A model generated the notes under the pieces. It worked only from the letters and a program-made list of their open reading frames with translations. It did not search any database and was not told where the DNA came from. Both the position numbers and the translations under genes were made by a program. Source: Fimbriosthenelais zetlandica (lineage: Eukaryota). Taken from it: a stretch of 64,000 nt of DNA. This document shows positions 1-13,400 of the stretch, in pieces. How positions within the stretch are numbered: the first letter of the stretch is position 1; each line of letters begins with the position of its first letter. The stretch covers positions 21,266,001 through 21,330,000 of the forward strand of contig OZ365109.1 of assembly GCA_977030845.1 (NCBI GenBank), given 5' to 3'.

Positions 1-695
1 ACTGTGAGGGTATATTTTACATTTAATCTGGATAATCCACATTTGACCAGAGAAATGGATTTCTAACTAACATGTATACATGTATGATACCAATTTTGAG
101 GGATTGTTTACCGTAAATGGGCTATAAGATGGGGCAGCTTTTTTAACAACCCCTAAAATGTAGTAGGGCCTACTCATGCTGAATATTGCAAAGTTAAGAT
201 TATGCATTAATTATGCTACCTTCTTTCGTATGTTATTGAAATACTATATGCTTTCGACATTGAGAATTGCACTGACTAGTATTGCTTTGCATTATTGACA
301 CATCCATAACGTTATTTTGTGACCTTTTTAAAATGTAACCATGAATAATGTAACCCATAGGTAGAGTAGGGACTCTGTGGGCCATGTTTATACAGAAATT
401 AGACGGCTGGGAAGCTGGCCAGGTGATAAATTGCCTCCCGTATGCTCGTCCCCATGCACGAGCAGCCCATCGCATGTTGGCGCTAACGCGAGTAGTATGA
501 ACAAATGGTTCTTTGAGTGTGGCATAAGGGTCAGCTGTCAGACGAAGCAACCCTTTGACATCCTGCAATACTTTTGAGACTGAAATTTAAAATGCTACTA
601 TTTTGATTTTCTTTCCCAAAATAAGTCCAGAATATCTTCTAGAATGAGGGTAATATTCGGCTACCATACGGAAGTAAACATAATGATAGTGGGAT

Positions 696-714
696 TATAT
701 ATATATATATATAT
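696..714. repeat. (TA)n microsatellite
   Basis: Uninterrupted TA run. Confidence 0.9.
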
Positions 715-3700
715 GCTCCAGGATGTCAAATTAGTTGTTGCGTTCTCGATATTTTCTAATTTTTAATGCATTGTATTTAAGGGTACGTAAATTCAAATAA
801 GTACAACCACCTGGAAATACGCAGTATTGTAGAAAGGTGTAAATAAATTGTTGATACTAAAATAAATATAAAAATGCACACGGTATTTCCCCCTGGGAAG
901 AAACCTGTCTTACGGACAGCGATATGCTGAGAAAATAATATGCAGAGAAAATAATTGAAAGCCTAAAGTATTTAGTCCTTATACCAGTATGGCTGTCTGT
1001 TTTGTGACACTAGTCTCCCTCGGGGGCTATGAGTAGATTGTGTTGTGGTCTTTGTGGCTTGTGGCTTGCCACACCCACCGACACAGGCTTCCACACTTAC
1101 TACTATTACCACTAGATGTACTGCCTCAGCTACTGCTGCTGGTGCTGGTGCTCCAGCCTATGTGTAGGGCTGGGGATCCGCCTGGATTAGACATCGTGAC
1201 AGTTTGGTGACAAGACCGGTGACAGATGAGCTTTTGATTGGCCTGTGTGGGGAGGCGCGAGGCACAGGGCTGATCCGCTTGTGATGAGTTGGTGACACCA
1301 GACCGCAGACCGAGCTGCTCCGGGATTGCTCGAGCGAATCCTGCAGAAGCATTGCACACTGGAGGCATCAGGTGACACATACTGTGGATGAAGTGGAGCA
1401 TTGCCAGTCCTCCAGGGCTATTAAAACAAGCTTTGTCTCTCATATGGCTCATTCCCTCAACCTGACAGACCCAACTACCTTTGTCACACTTACGACCTGC
1501 TCTTTCAGCACTGACAGGTCGTTTTTTTAACTCTTTTCTACAGTTGGATAAAAGAAAATATTCGGAAAAAACACCTTGATGTATGAGGCACATGCTTCAA
1601 GTCTACTCCGGTGGTTAAACCTTAGAAAAACTTTAGACCTCAGTGAAAGTGTTTACGTAAAATTTCCATCGAATTCAAAGGAATGGTGCTGAGACCTTTG
1701 CATATCGATAACAAACAGACAGTTTAATTTACTTCGTCGAAACTACAAGTAAATAACTCAAATTTGCAATATTATAGGAAAAATATAAGAGGTTACCATT
1801 CTCAAGTGGCATGGGAGTAAGTAGTTGATGTATGGAGGAAGGGTGCATAGTGAGAGGGATAGGGATAACTAATGGGGAGAGCAGCTGACAGACTACTATC
1901 TCTACCACAAAATTCAGGCCTACAAGAACCCACCTCATGGAGGAAATCACTCTGAACCACCCTGCAGCAAAACGGTGTCCTTACTTCCTGCATCACCAAA
2001 CTTTTCTTTCAAAACAACTTTCGAAATAATGCTACCTAAGCTAAGTAACAAAATGTATCATGCTAGTTTTGGCTCTGTTCTGTATCAAACCTGTGACACG
2101 TTTCAAATCAAAGTTACGAGTTGACAAGGTTCATGATCTACAATTAGTATGCATGCCCTGGCTTTTTCAGAGTAACACTGTAAGTGACTGTTCACAGCAA
2201 TATTCAAAATTAGGTGATATATTGACCAAAGTGCAAGCTAACATCCATACAGCCAGGATACAGGTCAAAAGCCGCCATGAAAAGAGATGAAAACAAGCAT
2301 TATGACCCGCCATATTGCCCCTATCCAAACCGACAATGAAGGCCCACCAAGCACGCAACCTCTAGTTGTTAGAGTTCTAGCCTGATCCATTTTTAGTCCC
2401 GAGGACCGCTTTTTGGCAATTTGTTGATTCGCCCACTTCGTGTGTCCATTATTGCTGGAACGAGCAATGATTGATACCCTTCATTGGTCGGAAATCGGTG
2501 CGGCCATTGTTGTGGGCTCTTAACTGACTTTGTTGCTTTTGCTCGTCGGATCAATACAAGGTCGTTACTGGGTACTGGCGACATGTGTGTGCATCTTGTT
2601 GGTTGATTGTCATCCGGTGGCCCAAGTCATGCGACTCGTCCATCGCTGAGGCTTCTGCAGTGACCATTCAATGATGAATCTTTGATATCGCTCTAATGGA
2701 TTCACTCACCATCAATCTGGCCACATCATGATGTCCACGTTCACGGCTAAGTTTGTTAATCTGGCCCGGAATTGGAGGATTGATGAGCGGTCAGCGGAAG
2801 GTGAATGGGTCTTGTGCCCGGGTGGCCTCTGGCCTTGACACGCTTGGCCTTGGATCGTCGGAAGGTCCATCGAAGCAGCAGAGGTCATGCCTATCTTTCA
2901 GGTACTTTGTATTGAGCCTAGATTAACCTAGCAACCCTAACACTACTATCCCATTGACCCATCACTCACGGGATCAAACCCTCTCTGTATACACTATAGC
3001 CCCCCGTTTCCATCTTCCACTTGAGCCGATTGACCCCTATAGAGTCGAGGCAGTCGTCAGTGTATAAAATAGCTTTAGATGGAGATGGGATCGCCATCAA
3101 ACATCAGCTCCGATGGCCACCACTTTGTGCCTAATCTGTTTGTTAAACAGAGTTTGGTAATCATGATCTATCAGTGGCCAAACACATTGGTCTCTCACAG
3201 TAGTAATGTAGGCCTACTGTTTCCCTTGATTTGTATGTTTGTGGTAGTAGGCGGATGTGTACATTGTGATGCTATATAATACGATATGGGCTGGAGGATG
3301 TGGCCCAAAATTGTAAAAACAACAGAACATGGTACTTATGGTACTGCCTCACACATATGTAGCTCACATAAGCAAGTATAAACCCTTCGCAATGTTATTA
3401 ACATTTCACTGTAACTTTCCCATCATTTTTTCATTGACGTATTAATATTAAGCCTGAATGCCGATCACAAAACTTCAGTTCTAAAAATGGACCTGATTGA
3501 GCTTCCGTTATACGTAATTTCGAAAAAGATTAATTGCAGTGAAATTTGGACAATTTGGAATTTGTCCTGTATAATGAGTTATATAATTGCACTTACAATG
3601 CTGTGTATATGTACCATACATAGCTCTTTGCAAAATAAGTATTCTGCACCTTTTAATCTAATGCTAATTAATGATCATCCTATGTTCGACAGATCATGTC

Positions 3701-4947
3701 GATCCACTGAATGCTTTTCATCTCTATCACTATAAATGGGATCAACTTTCCTGGGAGTCTTTATTCTACTCAGACTTTGTCCTTCAGAACTTGCAAAAGG
3801 CAAAAGTGAGTTGTGCATTGTGTGATGTGGTTGGCACCTGTCCTGCTCATTAGGCTTAATTATTCACCACTTCAATGACTTGCGATGTTCACATCTGAAG
3901 GCTGAAGCTTGGTTACTGGCCAATCTGCCAAGGTTGTAAGCTCAACCATCCATGGAGACATCGTAATTATTATGCACTCACTTGGAACTGATACAACTGA
4001 TACATGTACTAGTTAAAGTGAAAAGCTAAAAGATCATTGTGCATTGCATTGGTCAGTTAGAACTAAGGATGTTAAATATCTACATAATATTTCGGTCAAC
4101 AACATGCAATACTTGAATGAAATTTTGATATTGCTGGTCTGATCAAAATCAGAGAGGCTATTGCATGTATCGTCTAGGGCACACTTGGGCTACAGGCGTG
4201 ATGGTCTGGCCAGAACTCCTGACCTGGCATTTTGTGGCAGGGTTTGGCTCTTTCCCAATTTTCCAGCCAATTACAACTTGGCATTGAGAGGAGAGAAACA
4301 GATGCTGGCTCGGCGATAATGTGGTGTCCAGAAAATTGTTCAGCTATAGAACCTTACAATAATTTTTGTCTTTTTGAGGATTGAAGTTTATTTTTAGAAT
4401 TTATGCCAAAATGACTTTCCATGAACTCGATCTATAGATTCAATCATCAAAGCCTTAAAGCATTGCTGCAGTATGACCCTTTGTTTGGCATTGAAATTGA
4501 ATGATACCAATTTCTGACACATTGGCGAATTGCACTTGCACATTTAACCTTTTGATCTTATTAAATCTCAATTATGTATATATAATCCATATATAAATTT
4601 TCAATAGGATCATTGCACTAGCCTATACATGTACCTCTAATATAATAGCTCCTGGATGGCATGTCATGGCCCTATCATTCCTCTAGTCAGGTGTCCCTTA
4701 CAGTCTACACTCTCACAGCGAGGGGATCACTTGCCCATCACTCCTCTCTATTGGTATTGACATTATCCTGCAATGAGAATCTCCAAGATGTATCCGACTT
4801 GGATCTATCAGCATTGCAACAATCTCTATAATACAGTGTGCCCTTCCATACAAAATGAGAATTCTTGAACCCGATAGAAATAATTAATAATTGTAGGCCC
4901 TGTTGCCTTATATATAGACCTATCTGTAGCGTCCAATGAAAATCCCA

Positions 4948-5104
4948 AGTAAGTCACGTTTTGTAAAAAAATAGTTACTAGGGCCTTTTGCAGCTACATA
5001 ATTTATGTTGTTACATTTTGGAAAAAGCCCCACATGACTTCAGAATTGACGACTGAAATCCTGAAAGTCCACTATAAGCCATTTGGAGAAAAATGTGACT
5101 TACT
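4948..5104. mobile_element. Putative MITE of unassigned family
   Basis: 15-bp inverted termini AGTAAGTCACGTTTT / AAAATGTGACTTACT (14/15); no clear target-site duplication. Confidence 0.4.
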
Positions 5105-5219
5105 AGATACATGTATTTCCATTGGACGCTAGATCTAATATGACGCCTGGAGTAATTGACCACTGTTTTAAAAAGAATATTAAGAATACATGTATATTGA
5201 TTTTTTTTGTGTTTTCCAG

Positions 5220-5384
5220 CATCAGGAGGCCTCTACATGTGGGGTAAGAGCAGCCATGTGATAGTAGAAGACTCACCGTCCACCCATGTCGTCCCCTACC
5301 CTGTGAGGGTGAATCCTGTCCACCAGCCTGTGTCCCGGATCTCATGTGGTGCCTGGCATGCCGCTGTTATCTCGGGTATTCCAG
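5220..5384 (+). CDS. Internal coding exon encoding one RCC1 (regulator of chromosome condensation) repeat; first visible exon of an RCC1-domain gene whose 5' part is not identifiable in the window
   Basis: Acceptor ttttttttgtgttttccag| and donor CCAG|gtgagt; 165 nt, phase 1-1. Translation SGGLYMWGKSSH...VVPYPVRV...VSRISCGAWHAAVIS matches the RCC1 pattern G.(L/V)Y.WG...P..V...V..ISCG..H. Confidence 0.85.
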
Positions 5385-7373
5385 GTGAGTCTAAAATTTT
5401 AAGAATAATCCATCAAAGTTCAAGTAGTATCACTTATTAATTTGGCCCATTGCACATCCAACTATCATCTATCGATGCATACAGGGTGTGGGGGGATCCA
5501 AAGAAAATCCTTTGGAGATGATTAGTACCTATGACCACCTACCCATGACCAATAATGTCAATAACTAAAGTTATGCATGTTTTATATCATTTACATTTAA
5601 TTTCATATAGCCTATAGGCCTACATTAAACGTTATTCCAAAATATGTAGCAGTATATATTAAAAGTTCAACCTTTTGTGGGGGAAACTATCCAACACACA
5701 AGAGGGCTTTTACAAAACTTGTGAACAAAATGCCGAAGCTGTAACAAAAAATGTCATTTGGTATTGCAAACAATAATTATCAAGTCGTTAGGTTTTAAAA
5801 AATGAAACAATACTCTTAGCTTGAACTCTGAGACTCTAAAGCAATTTCTTGGGCATTACAAAAGAGCATCATAAGGGCCCTTTGTAATTTCACATTTCAT
5901 AACTCTATTGAATTGGTCCTTGTATCAGCGAGTTTGCACCATACCATTGTGGAGGCTTTTTTCCTGTTGTTTGTTCGCACCAAATCCATATTTGCCATTG
6001 CTGCCTCATCTTGAGAGGCATTTGTCTGGGTATTATTGTATTTTCTCCATCTCCATCTAATTCCACGATCTTGTTCATTACCATTCTAATAGACACACAT
6101 TGTTACCATTATATCCTCATATTGTACATACACCTTCTTTGCATTATGCCTATTATATAGAGGTCAACGTGAAGGTCGTTATTATAAAGATTTTCTGATG
6201 CATCATTGTGATCTCTCAACCAGCTCTTAATCGATGCATTGTTGACGCCGGGATCAAGTCAAATTACACAATTTGTATCCCCTAATCTTCCCATTCCTCC
6301 AATTGTGCCCTCTGGGTCCTCCACAGGGCATGCCCGAACATGACGTTTCAATGGGCGATATTAAAGCGAAATATGATGCATTTCACCATTGCAAGGCAAC
6401 AGGCACACATACTTATATTATAATAGAGCACAGATTAAATGATTTGATAATAGATTGGGATCTGAGACTTGGGGGCCCTCACAAAAGCCTCGGTCAATCA
6501 ATCCCAGCGTCGCTTGCTCATTCGCAACTCGTTCCGGGACTACGAGAGGTCGTGCCCGCCACAGATTAATGTTTGGCCTGCTCAAATAGACAGAGAGAGG
6601 GAAGGAAAAGGAGGAAAAATCAGCCCGCTTAGAAAAGTGGCAGTGGAAAATCAGAGGCTGCCTGAGGTGATTCAAAGGGGTCTGGGTATTTGGATAAAGG
6701 TTGTGGTGTAGTTGCCCCACCTGTGTATATAGAGGTAGCCAAGGCAGGTGAGGCTCCCTGATCTCCACCCATTGTCAGCCTCAGGTAGGACACAAATAGT
6801 CAACATTGTTCGATCTTCATGAGCAGTTTTTTTTACCCCTTGTACCTATTACAAGACTAGACTTCACCTTCATCCTGGCCCGCTTGAATGGCGGGTGGAC
6901 AAAGCCAGGGTAATAGGAGATAGGATAGGGATAGGGGGGATGCGTTTTTGCCAGAAGATCCTGCTCTGCCATCATTGTGTTATAAAGAAGATGTTTGAGT
7001 GCCAAGTCTGACGTCGGAAATGCTAAGATCATGTCACAACTGGTCTCTACATGAACAGCATTCTTTATGTGATCCCATTGTTGATTCAGTTTTTTATCAG
7101 TGCATATATTATATGAGAACTGCGATCCTCGAAGACATACAATGATGCCTACTATTGCATGATTTGCTTCCATTTGGGGGAGACTCGCTTGCTCCTGGGG
7201 GTATAAAGGTCTAAAATGCCCTTTATTTTAGGGGAAGGAATTTATCTACTTAAATCTTTCATGCCTATATTAATCCCATTATTAAAAGGATGTTCAATAT
7301 AATATAACCCAAACCAATGTTTCATATAAACTGCCCTTTTAATCTCTATCTAATCAATGTCCAATAAATTATA

Positions 7374-7447
7374 CAGTGCTTTCCCAATCGCCAACCCCAA
7401 ACACATCCGACCACCCCTTTAAACCGTCCACCCCTTTAAACCGTCCA
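7374..7447 (+). mobile_element. MITE family A, truncated left end
   Basis: TA|CAGTGCTTTCCC then ACATCCGACCACCCCTTTAAACCGTCCA, with a 17-bp tandem duplication (7414-7430, 7431-7447); no right TIR found. Confidence 0.6.
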
Positions 7448-10400
7448 CGCATTTATTCGTATCATCGAATTTGCTAGAGACAATCAAATCCTTTTCATCT
7501 TTGAATGTTTTGCTATACCATATCTGTATATTCGAATCACATTTGATCACAGGAATCATTACATGACCTTTGAGTGACCTTTGTCGTGGGCTCATGTCAC
7601 TATCCGCTCTAGATAAGGATAATGTGTGTACTTTTGTCTGGTATCGACGACAATGGATCCCTCTTTTACAAAAGGTCAGGTATTGAGGTCGCGATCATTG
7701 ACTTCATATATGTCACTGTTATTGTTGGTTTCAAGATGGATAAAGGTGTTAAATGTTATGATAGTGTAAAATGTCTTTAAGCTTAATTTTCCGCATCTCA
7801 ATTGTTAATTTTTTTATTTCTATTTCTATCTACCTATCAATTAAGAATGCACATTTCACAAAGATTATTGAGCAATGTATGAAGTATAATTATGGTAACT
7901 GTTCTTTAATAACTTTGAGATAAAAAAAAAGTCCCCATGGAACAGCTAAAATTCCTATATAGTGCAATGTTGCCAATATATTGCTTCAGAACTACTGCAA
8001 TCCGTGAAAGAGTCATTTGCAAAATGGATAGCTTTATGCACATAAACACCTGGGAAAGACCAAGAGCTTTCAGTGGTCACTTTACAGTTGTTTGAGACAA
8101 GTGAGTCACGGCATCTTCCCACCAACCTGACCTCCTATAGATATAACTTTTTTTGTTTGGAGGTTGACCACTTGAATCCATTCAAACACCCCCAGCAAAG
8201 CAGGGTGCCATTGGCCGTCTTCTCGGGATCAAGGACCGCATCCAAACTTCATCTACCTGGGCATTGTCCAGCCCAGCAAGTCCAGCTCATATGTCAGCCA
8301 TAAGTAGTCCACCCGACAGCCACCATCTTCCCCTGACAATGGACAATACCTGAGAAAACTACTGTAACACTAAAGACGACTCTAATATATATCGCATTGC
8401 CCTCACGACTGCCCCCATTATCCTTACACCATTATCATTAACCCAAACATTAATATTTCGAGCTGTGTACGTGTATGGTTGTTGGAATTGGCTCAAATAG
8501 AAAGCAGTTGATTTATGCAAGAAGCAATTGATTTATGTATTTTATTAAATGATTTTGCTGTCCTTTTGTGTTGGTTAAGGTTTTTCTATATGGAGTTCCA
8601 TTGAATGCCAGTGGAGTGGAACAAGAGATTTAGTTGTGGAGTGATAAATGTGGAAAGAAGAGCTGCGTGGTGCCGTAGTTTGTGGTGGCCCAGCAGGTAA
8701 ACGGTTCCAGGCCACTAGGCCGAGACTGATATTTTTGTAGACAAACAGTGAAGAATCCAGAGGCTAAAGGTGTGCTCAGAGGTCACGATAATGTCTGTTA
8801 TTGTAATGAATCATGAGCTCATTATTATAATACATGCAGTAATAGTGAAAGAGGCGACATGCATGTACATGGTTCGCATATATATAGGCCTATACATATA
8901 TGCATTACCATTATTCTTAATAAAGCCGGTTAGCAATTGAGATAATTCCAGAAAACAGTATATTATTTTGAAAGGGCTTTAACTTATTCAGAGTAATAAG
9001 GGTGGGGTCCAGTTGTGTCGAATATTGTGTAAAATACATGTGTATTTGTAAGCAACATTATTTTTCATAAACAATGATATCATGATTCTCATAAACATGA
9101 TCTTTAATAAATCATACATTTGTCCAGATTTCTAGTGTATAAACCTAGTGTATGTATACATGTGCAATTGGCGTCAGTTTATATTTTGGGAAACATAAAA
9201 GACAGCAGTTGCGGTGTTGGTGTCAATTCAACTATGAATATCAAAACATCCTGATCCTCACAACCACTATGCTAAACAATTAAAAACATCACAACATGAA
9301 TAATATAAGCGCCAACATTCTACTACTCTACACCTACAGATTTATGTACTGTAGTCAAATGTTTAATCCAGTGTGATAAAATGCCTGCCTAAAAACTTTC
9401 AAAACCTTGTCCCGGCTAAATCAAATACCAATACAGTTCCACCTGGCTCTTGCAATCTCAATAGTAAAAAGACCATGATGCCCTATAGTAGCTAATATAA
9501 CCCGCATTGCCCAGTCCATGATCTGACAACCATTAACTATTAACGATAAACACAAGGATGGAAGACGGGCGGATGGGCAGAGATAGATTCTGACCGTGTC
9601 ATTAGGTGTCACAGTGTGGCAGAGCAATTGTAGAGTCAATGTCAGGCAGTGACGTGGCCTCTAAATGCTGTGACAGGTCAGTCAGCTAAAGTAGTCATTT
9701 GACAGTGCAGGAGGGCAGAACTCGGCATCTGTTTATCATTTAAATGTCCCCTAAAAGACTAAGGTGATTCCACTTATGGAAGTATAGAGAGGCCTCCTTG
9801 AGAGGATGGTGGACATGTACCTTGGAGAATAGTCAGGACTCGTTAAGGCAAATAAACGTCGAAATTTTATTTTCAATCATTCCCTGACAAATATGTATCT
9901 TCCGGTATAATCTCCATGTACTATTTAATCAATTTGGTCAAAATCACTTATTCTAATTTTAACATCACACTGATTTCTAGAAATTGCTCCGCATTTTTAT
10001 AATATCTGAGCAGTTTTATTAGCATGAGTATATTGCCGCACATAAATGAGTTTTTGTACTGTTAGTTTTGGCCAAATTTCATATTTTCTGAAGTTATTTT
10101 TTTGATGACTTTCAAACCTAATGTAACTGTATTAGATTGAATGTCGTACGCCCAAGGATTGAGGTGTAGGGTCACATAAATATATGCGAGTCCGAAGTGA
10201 AGTTAATAATAATATGCACCAGCGTTTTTTGGTGAGATTTTGGCCTGCCATAGTCGATATTTTCACTTTGTGGTCTGCTGTGACAGTAATGGAGTGTGTT
10301 TTGTCTTCGACCTGTCCCTACACTATGGAGATGTACACACACTTTACTTTGATGGATTGAGGAGTAGGCACTCTGACCTATAGAGTCTGGTCAGGAGGTA

Positions 10401-13400
10401 ATGCTTGCTTGTAAACAAACAACTCTATGGCCCATCTATATCCTCTTATACGCTACAACACAGACTACCCTCTCTATTCCTCTCGTAGCCTCTCCAAAGG
10501 AACTCAACACATTTCACACATTGTTTTCCCCCCTGAAATTCCAATGACCAAAACACTTTGTTTTTCAGTCCAATTCTACCAAAACTACTGCAAGATTAAA
10601 CAATATTGTTTAAGTTTAATACTTTTAAAATATGTGCAAATGGAAGCAGATTACTTTGAAAAGATAAGCGAAACATTCCTGTTGCCCTTTTCAAAATTGT
10701 CATTGAAAAGAGCGAATGCCACATTGACCATGCTGCATCAATTCCAATATTAGTTTACAGTTAAATATGATCATGATCGTTAATTATAACTTTACCGTGA
10801 TTAAACATCCTTTTTCAGATGGAAATATAGACTATAGAAATGACTTGTAAGCGGCCTTATTATTTATTAAGTACATACAAATATGCCTGCACAGCCCACC
10901 ACACCATCCCCATTTAAAATCAGCTTCTAGTGCATTGTACGTTTTACCAGTCCCATCCTAATCTTGTCACTATCTAAATGATTTAGTAAACTATCCACTG
11001 CAATCGAAAATTGATAGTACCTTAGCTATTGTACCGTATAAGTAGCATTGCATCACACCATTGACCAAAACCACCTGCCCAAGTTCACCTTGCTAACCCC
11101 CATCAAAAGAAGACCCACTTGTTTGTCATTGCCCAGCACTGTTATCAGTTAAACCTGCCACTCCTGTGGATAATCTCTATTGATTGCAAGTAGTGTGAGG
11201 TTAGCGAGGCTGTGATCCGTATGACCAAGAGGTGAGGGCCAGATCATTGACATGTGAGGTGGAAAATGTGTTACATACATCTATCTCACCCATATCACTT
11301 TCCATTCATAACGCCTATTGTGTCACTGTCAGACATTGATATCGCACCTTTAAGGGAAAACTGTCATGATTTTTCAAGCACTTATTTGGGGCAAGTAGAA
11401 GTATGATATTGCTGATACCATCTCTCTACTTATGTAGTTATGTGCTTAATTTTGGTATAAATTCTGATTAAAATCTAATATTGTTTTAAACTGTCCGCTA
11501 CCACTCAATGCAATGGAATATAACTGTTCCACTGTGCTGCATAATGTAAGTCCATCTACTAATAATATTATATTGGATCTTCTGAAACGGGCCGGGCCTT
11601 TGGTCGACATAAGAACTCATATCAAAACTAACTACAGATGGTTCAAAATATCAAAAGACGAGGACTTTTTCACTCCATTCAGTGGTTACGGCGGAACACA
11701 TTCCACGCCGAAACCTAGTGCGAGCGCGTATGAATCATAATTATAGTTCCTGTGAAGTGAAGTGATTGGCACCACTGGTCAAATGGCCTTTCTCTCCAGT
11801 AGTCTGATCAAAGCTGGGAAGTGTAGCACTAGACTTGTCAGTATGTTACTCTATAGGCATCCGTCACAGCACCTATACTCCCTGTCTCAGTCTATAGTTC
11901 GGTTTTTCATAAAAATGTCCATTATCTCCTTTATTTTGATCAGAATACATGGGCCTACATGGACTCTTTGATGGTGACTCGGGAATAGATACATTTTATA
12001 TCCATAAGCCATATTCAAACTGTATGGGGAATGGGACTAATTAATCTGGCAGTGCTAATACGGTACCAGAAACGGTATGTCATGGTATAGGCCTACTGTT
12101 GGAGTTGTATTTTATTCCTCCAACATTCGGACTCCTGGGCGGCACACCCCAGTCAACTTTCCGGGCTGGCTTCTCAGCACAGGTCTGTTAGTCTTGGCAG
12201 CTCGAGTCATTAAGACCAAATTGCTCAGAATCAAAGAGCTGCTCGTTAACATGCATCATTGTACTGTACTGGTGGATTGATATTACAATAGATATTATAA
12301 TATAATAGATTATAATTAAATATATATTCCCATCGTTTTGCTTATTGGCCAAAGGGATTTAATTAATCAAATTTCCAAATATTTTATCTCTGTTCACATA
12401 AGTAAAAATAATGTGTGGTCTTCCTAGAATAGAGTACCGTATCATTAATTAATGTCTATGTGGTGAAGAATATAGGATGAGTGGTATGTATATATACATG
12501 TAATACTTATAAAGAACTCTGCACTGAGCTTTTATCTGAACTGTCCAAGGAGTGAGTGAGCGTGAGGGACTCGGGAATAAAGTACCACTGCCAGGCTAGA
12601 GGTTGTACAATGCCAACATCAACAGTTCACTAGTATAGTGAACTCCCGTCAGTATAACAACCCGAACAAAGAGTCCCGTATTTTGTAAAGAAGTGATGCA
12701 CAGAATTAAGGTAATACTAATAGTAACACTGAATGCGTCCCCATCCAAAATAATCAATAGAATGAGAAAATCTCATCCAAGTAATATCAATTGATATTAT
12801 TTAAGTAAAGGTGATCAAAGGCTGGCCTATATCTTTCCTTAGTATTGAGCGAGTTTTTTTTTCATTTGAAAAAAAAAGTATCATTATCTATAATGATAAA
12901 CAATGGTATCTTTCATTGTCCTTCTCCTCACCTATAGGTCACTCCTTTAAGATCCCCTACATTATATATATGCCCACTATAGGACCACATAGAGCACCAG
13001 CATACCCACCACCCCTTTAAAACTGACCAACCAAATAGCCAGCGGCCAATTCCCTCACCGCCTTGACCACAAGTAAACAATGTAATTGGATTGTAAACCA
13101 ATTGCGAGTAGCTTGTGTTTGGTGCTTACAGCTGAGTGGATGTTACATCATTGTAGGCGGGGCTCAGGCTCACTCCTGTCACTGATAGGCTGTAATCCTC
13201 CACGTGACTTATGGGTGGTTACGTAACAGTTTGTTGGTTGTCTGGTATTGATAGCTTAGCGCCTGGGGTGTGGGTAACCGAACACTACCTATCATACTGA
13301 CGTTAGCAACTACAAGTCTGAGACCGAGCGTCTCACACAGTATGCTTGCAAACCTACGACCCCTTTCAGAGGGTATCCTCGTCGAACGATTGTAATGTAC

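Noticed and set aside
1126-1593. 155-aa minus-strand ORF in a GC-richer patch with five GTGACA words
   Set aside because: No recognisable domain or splice-site pair, and all + frames are interrupted. The TGACA words may be TALE-homeodomain sites or CpG decay, which I cannot distinguish.
2393-2910. GC-richer block with short ORFs, considered as an upstream RCC1 exon or retroelement fragment
   Set aside because: Hand translation shows stops in the frame required by the 2901 donor, and there are no RCC1, RT or gag motifs.
8670-8730. TGGCCCAGCAGG ... GGTTCCAG resembling tRNA A/B boxes
   Set aside because: Spacing is too short, the B box is imperfect, and no cloverleaf forms.
11349-11755. TTAA-GGG start suggesting a Kolobok/piggyBac-like element (similar starts near 777 and 9843)
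   Set aside because: No convincing matching right terminus, so boundaries cannot be supported.
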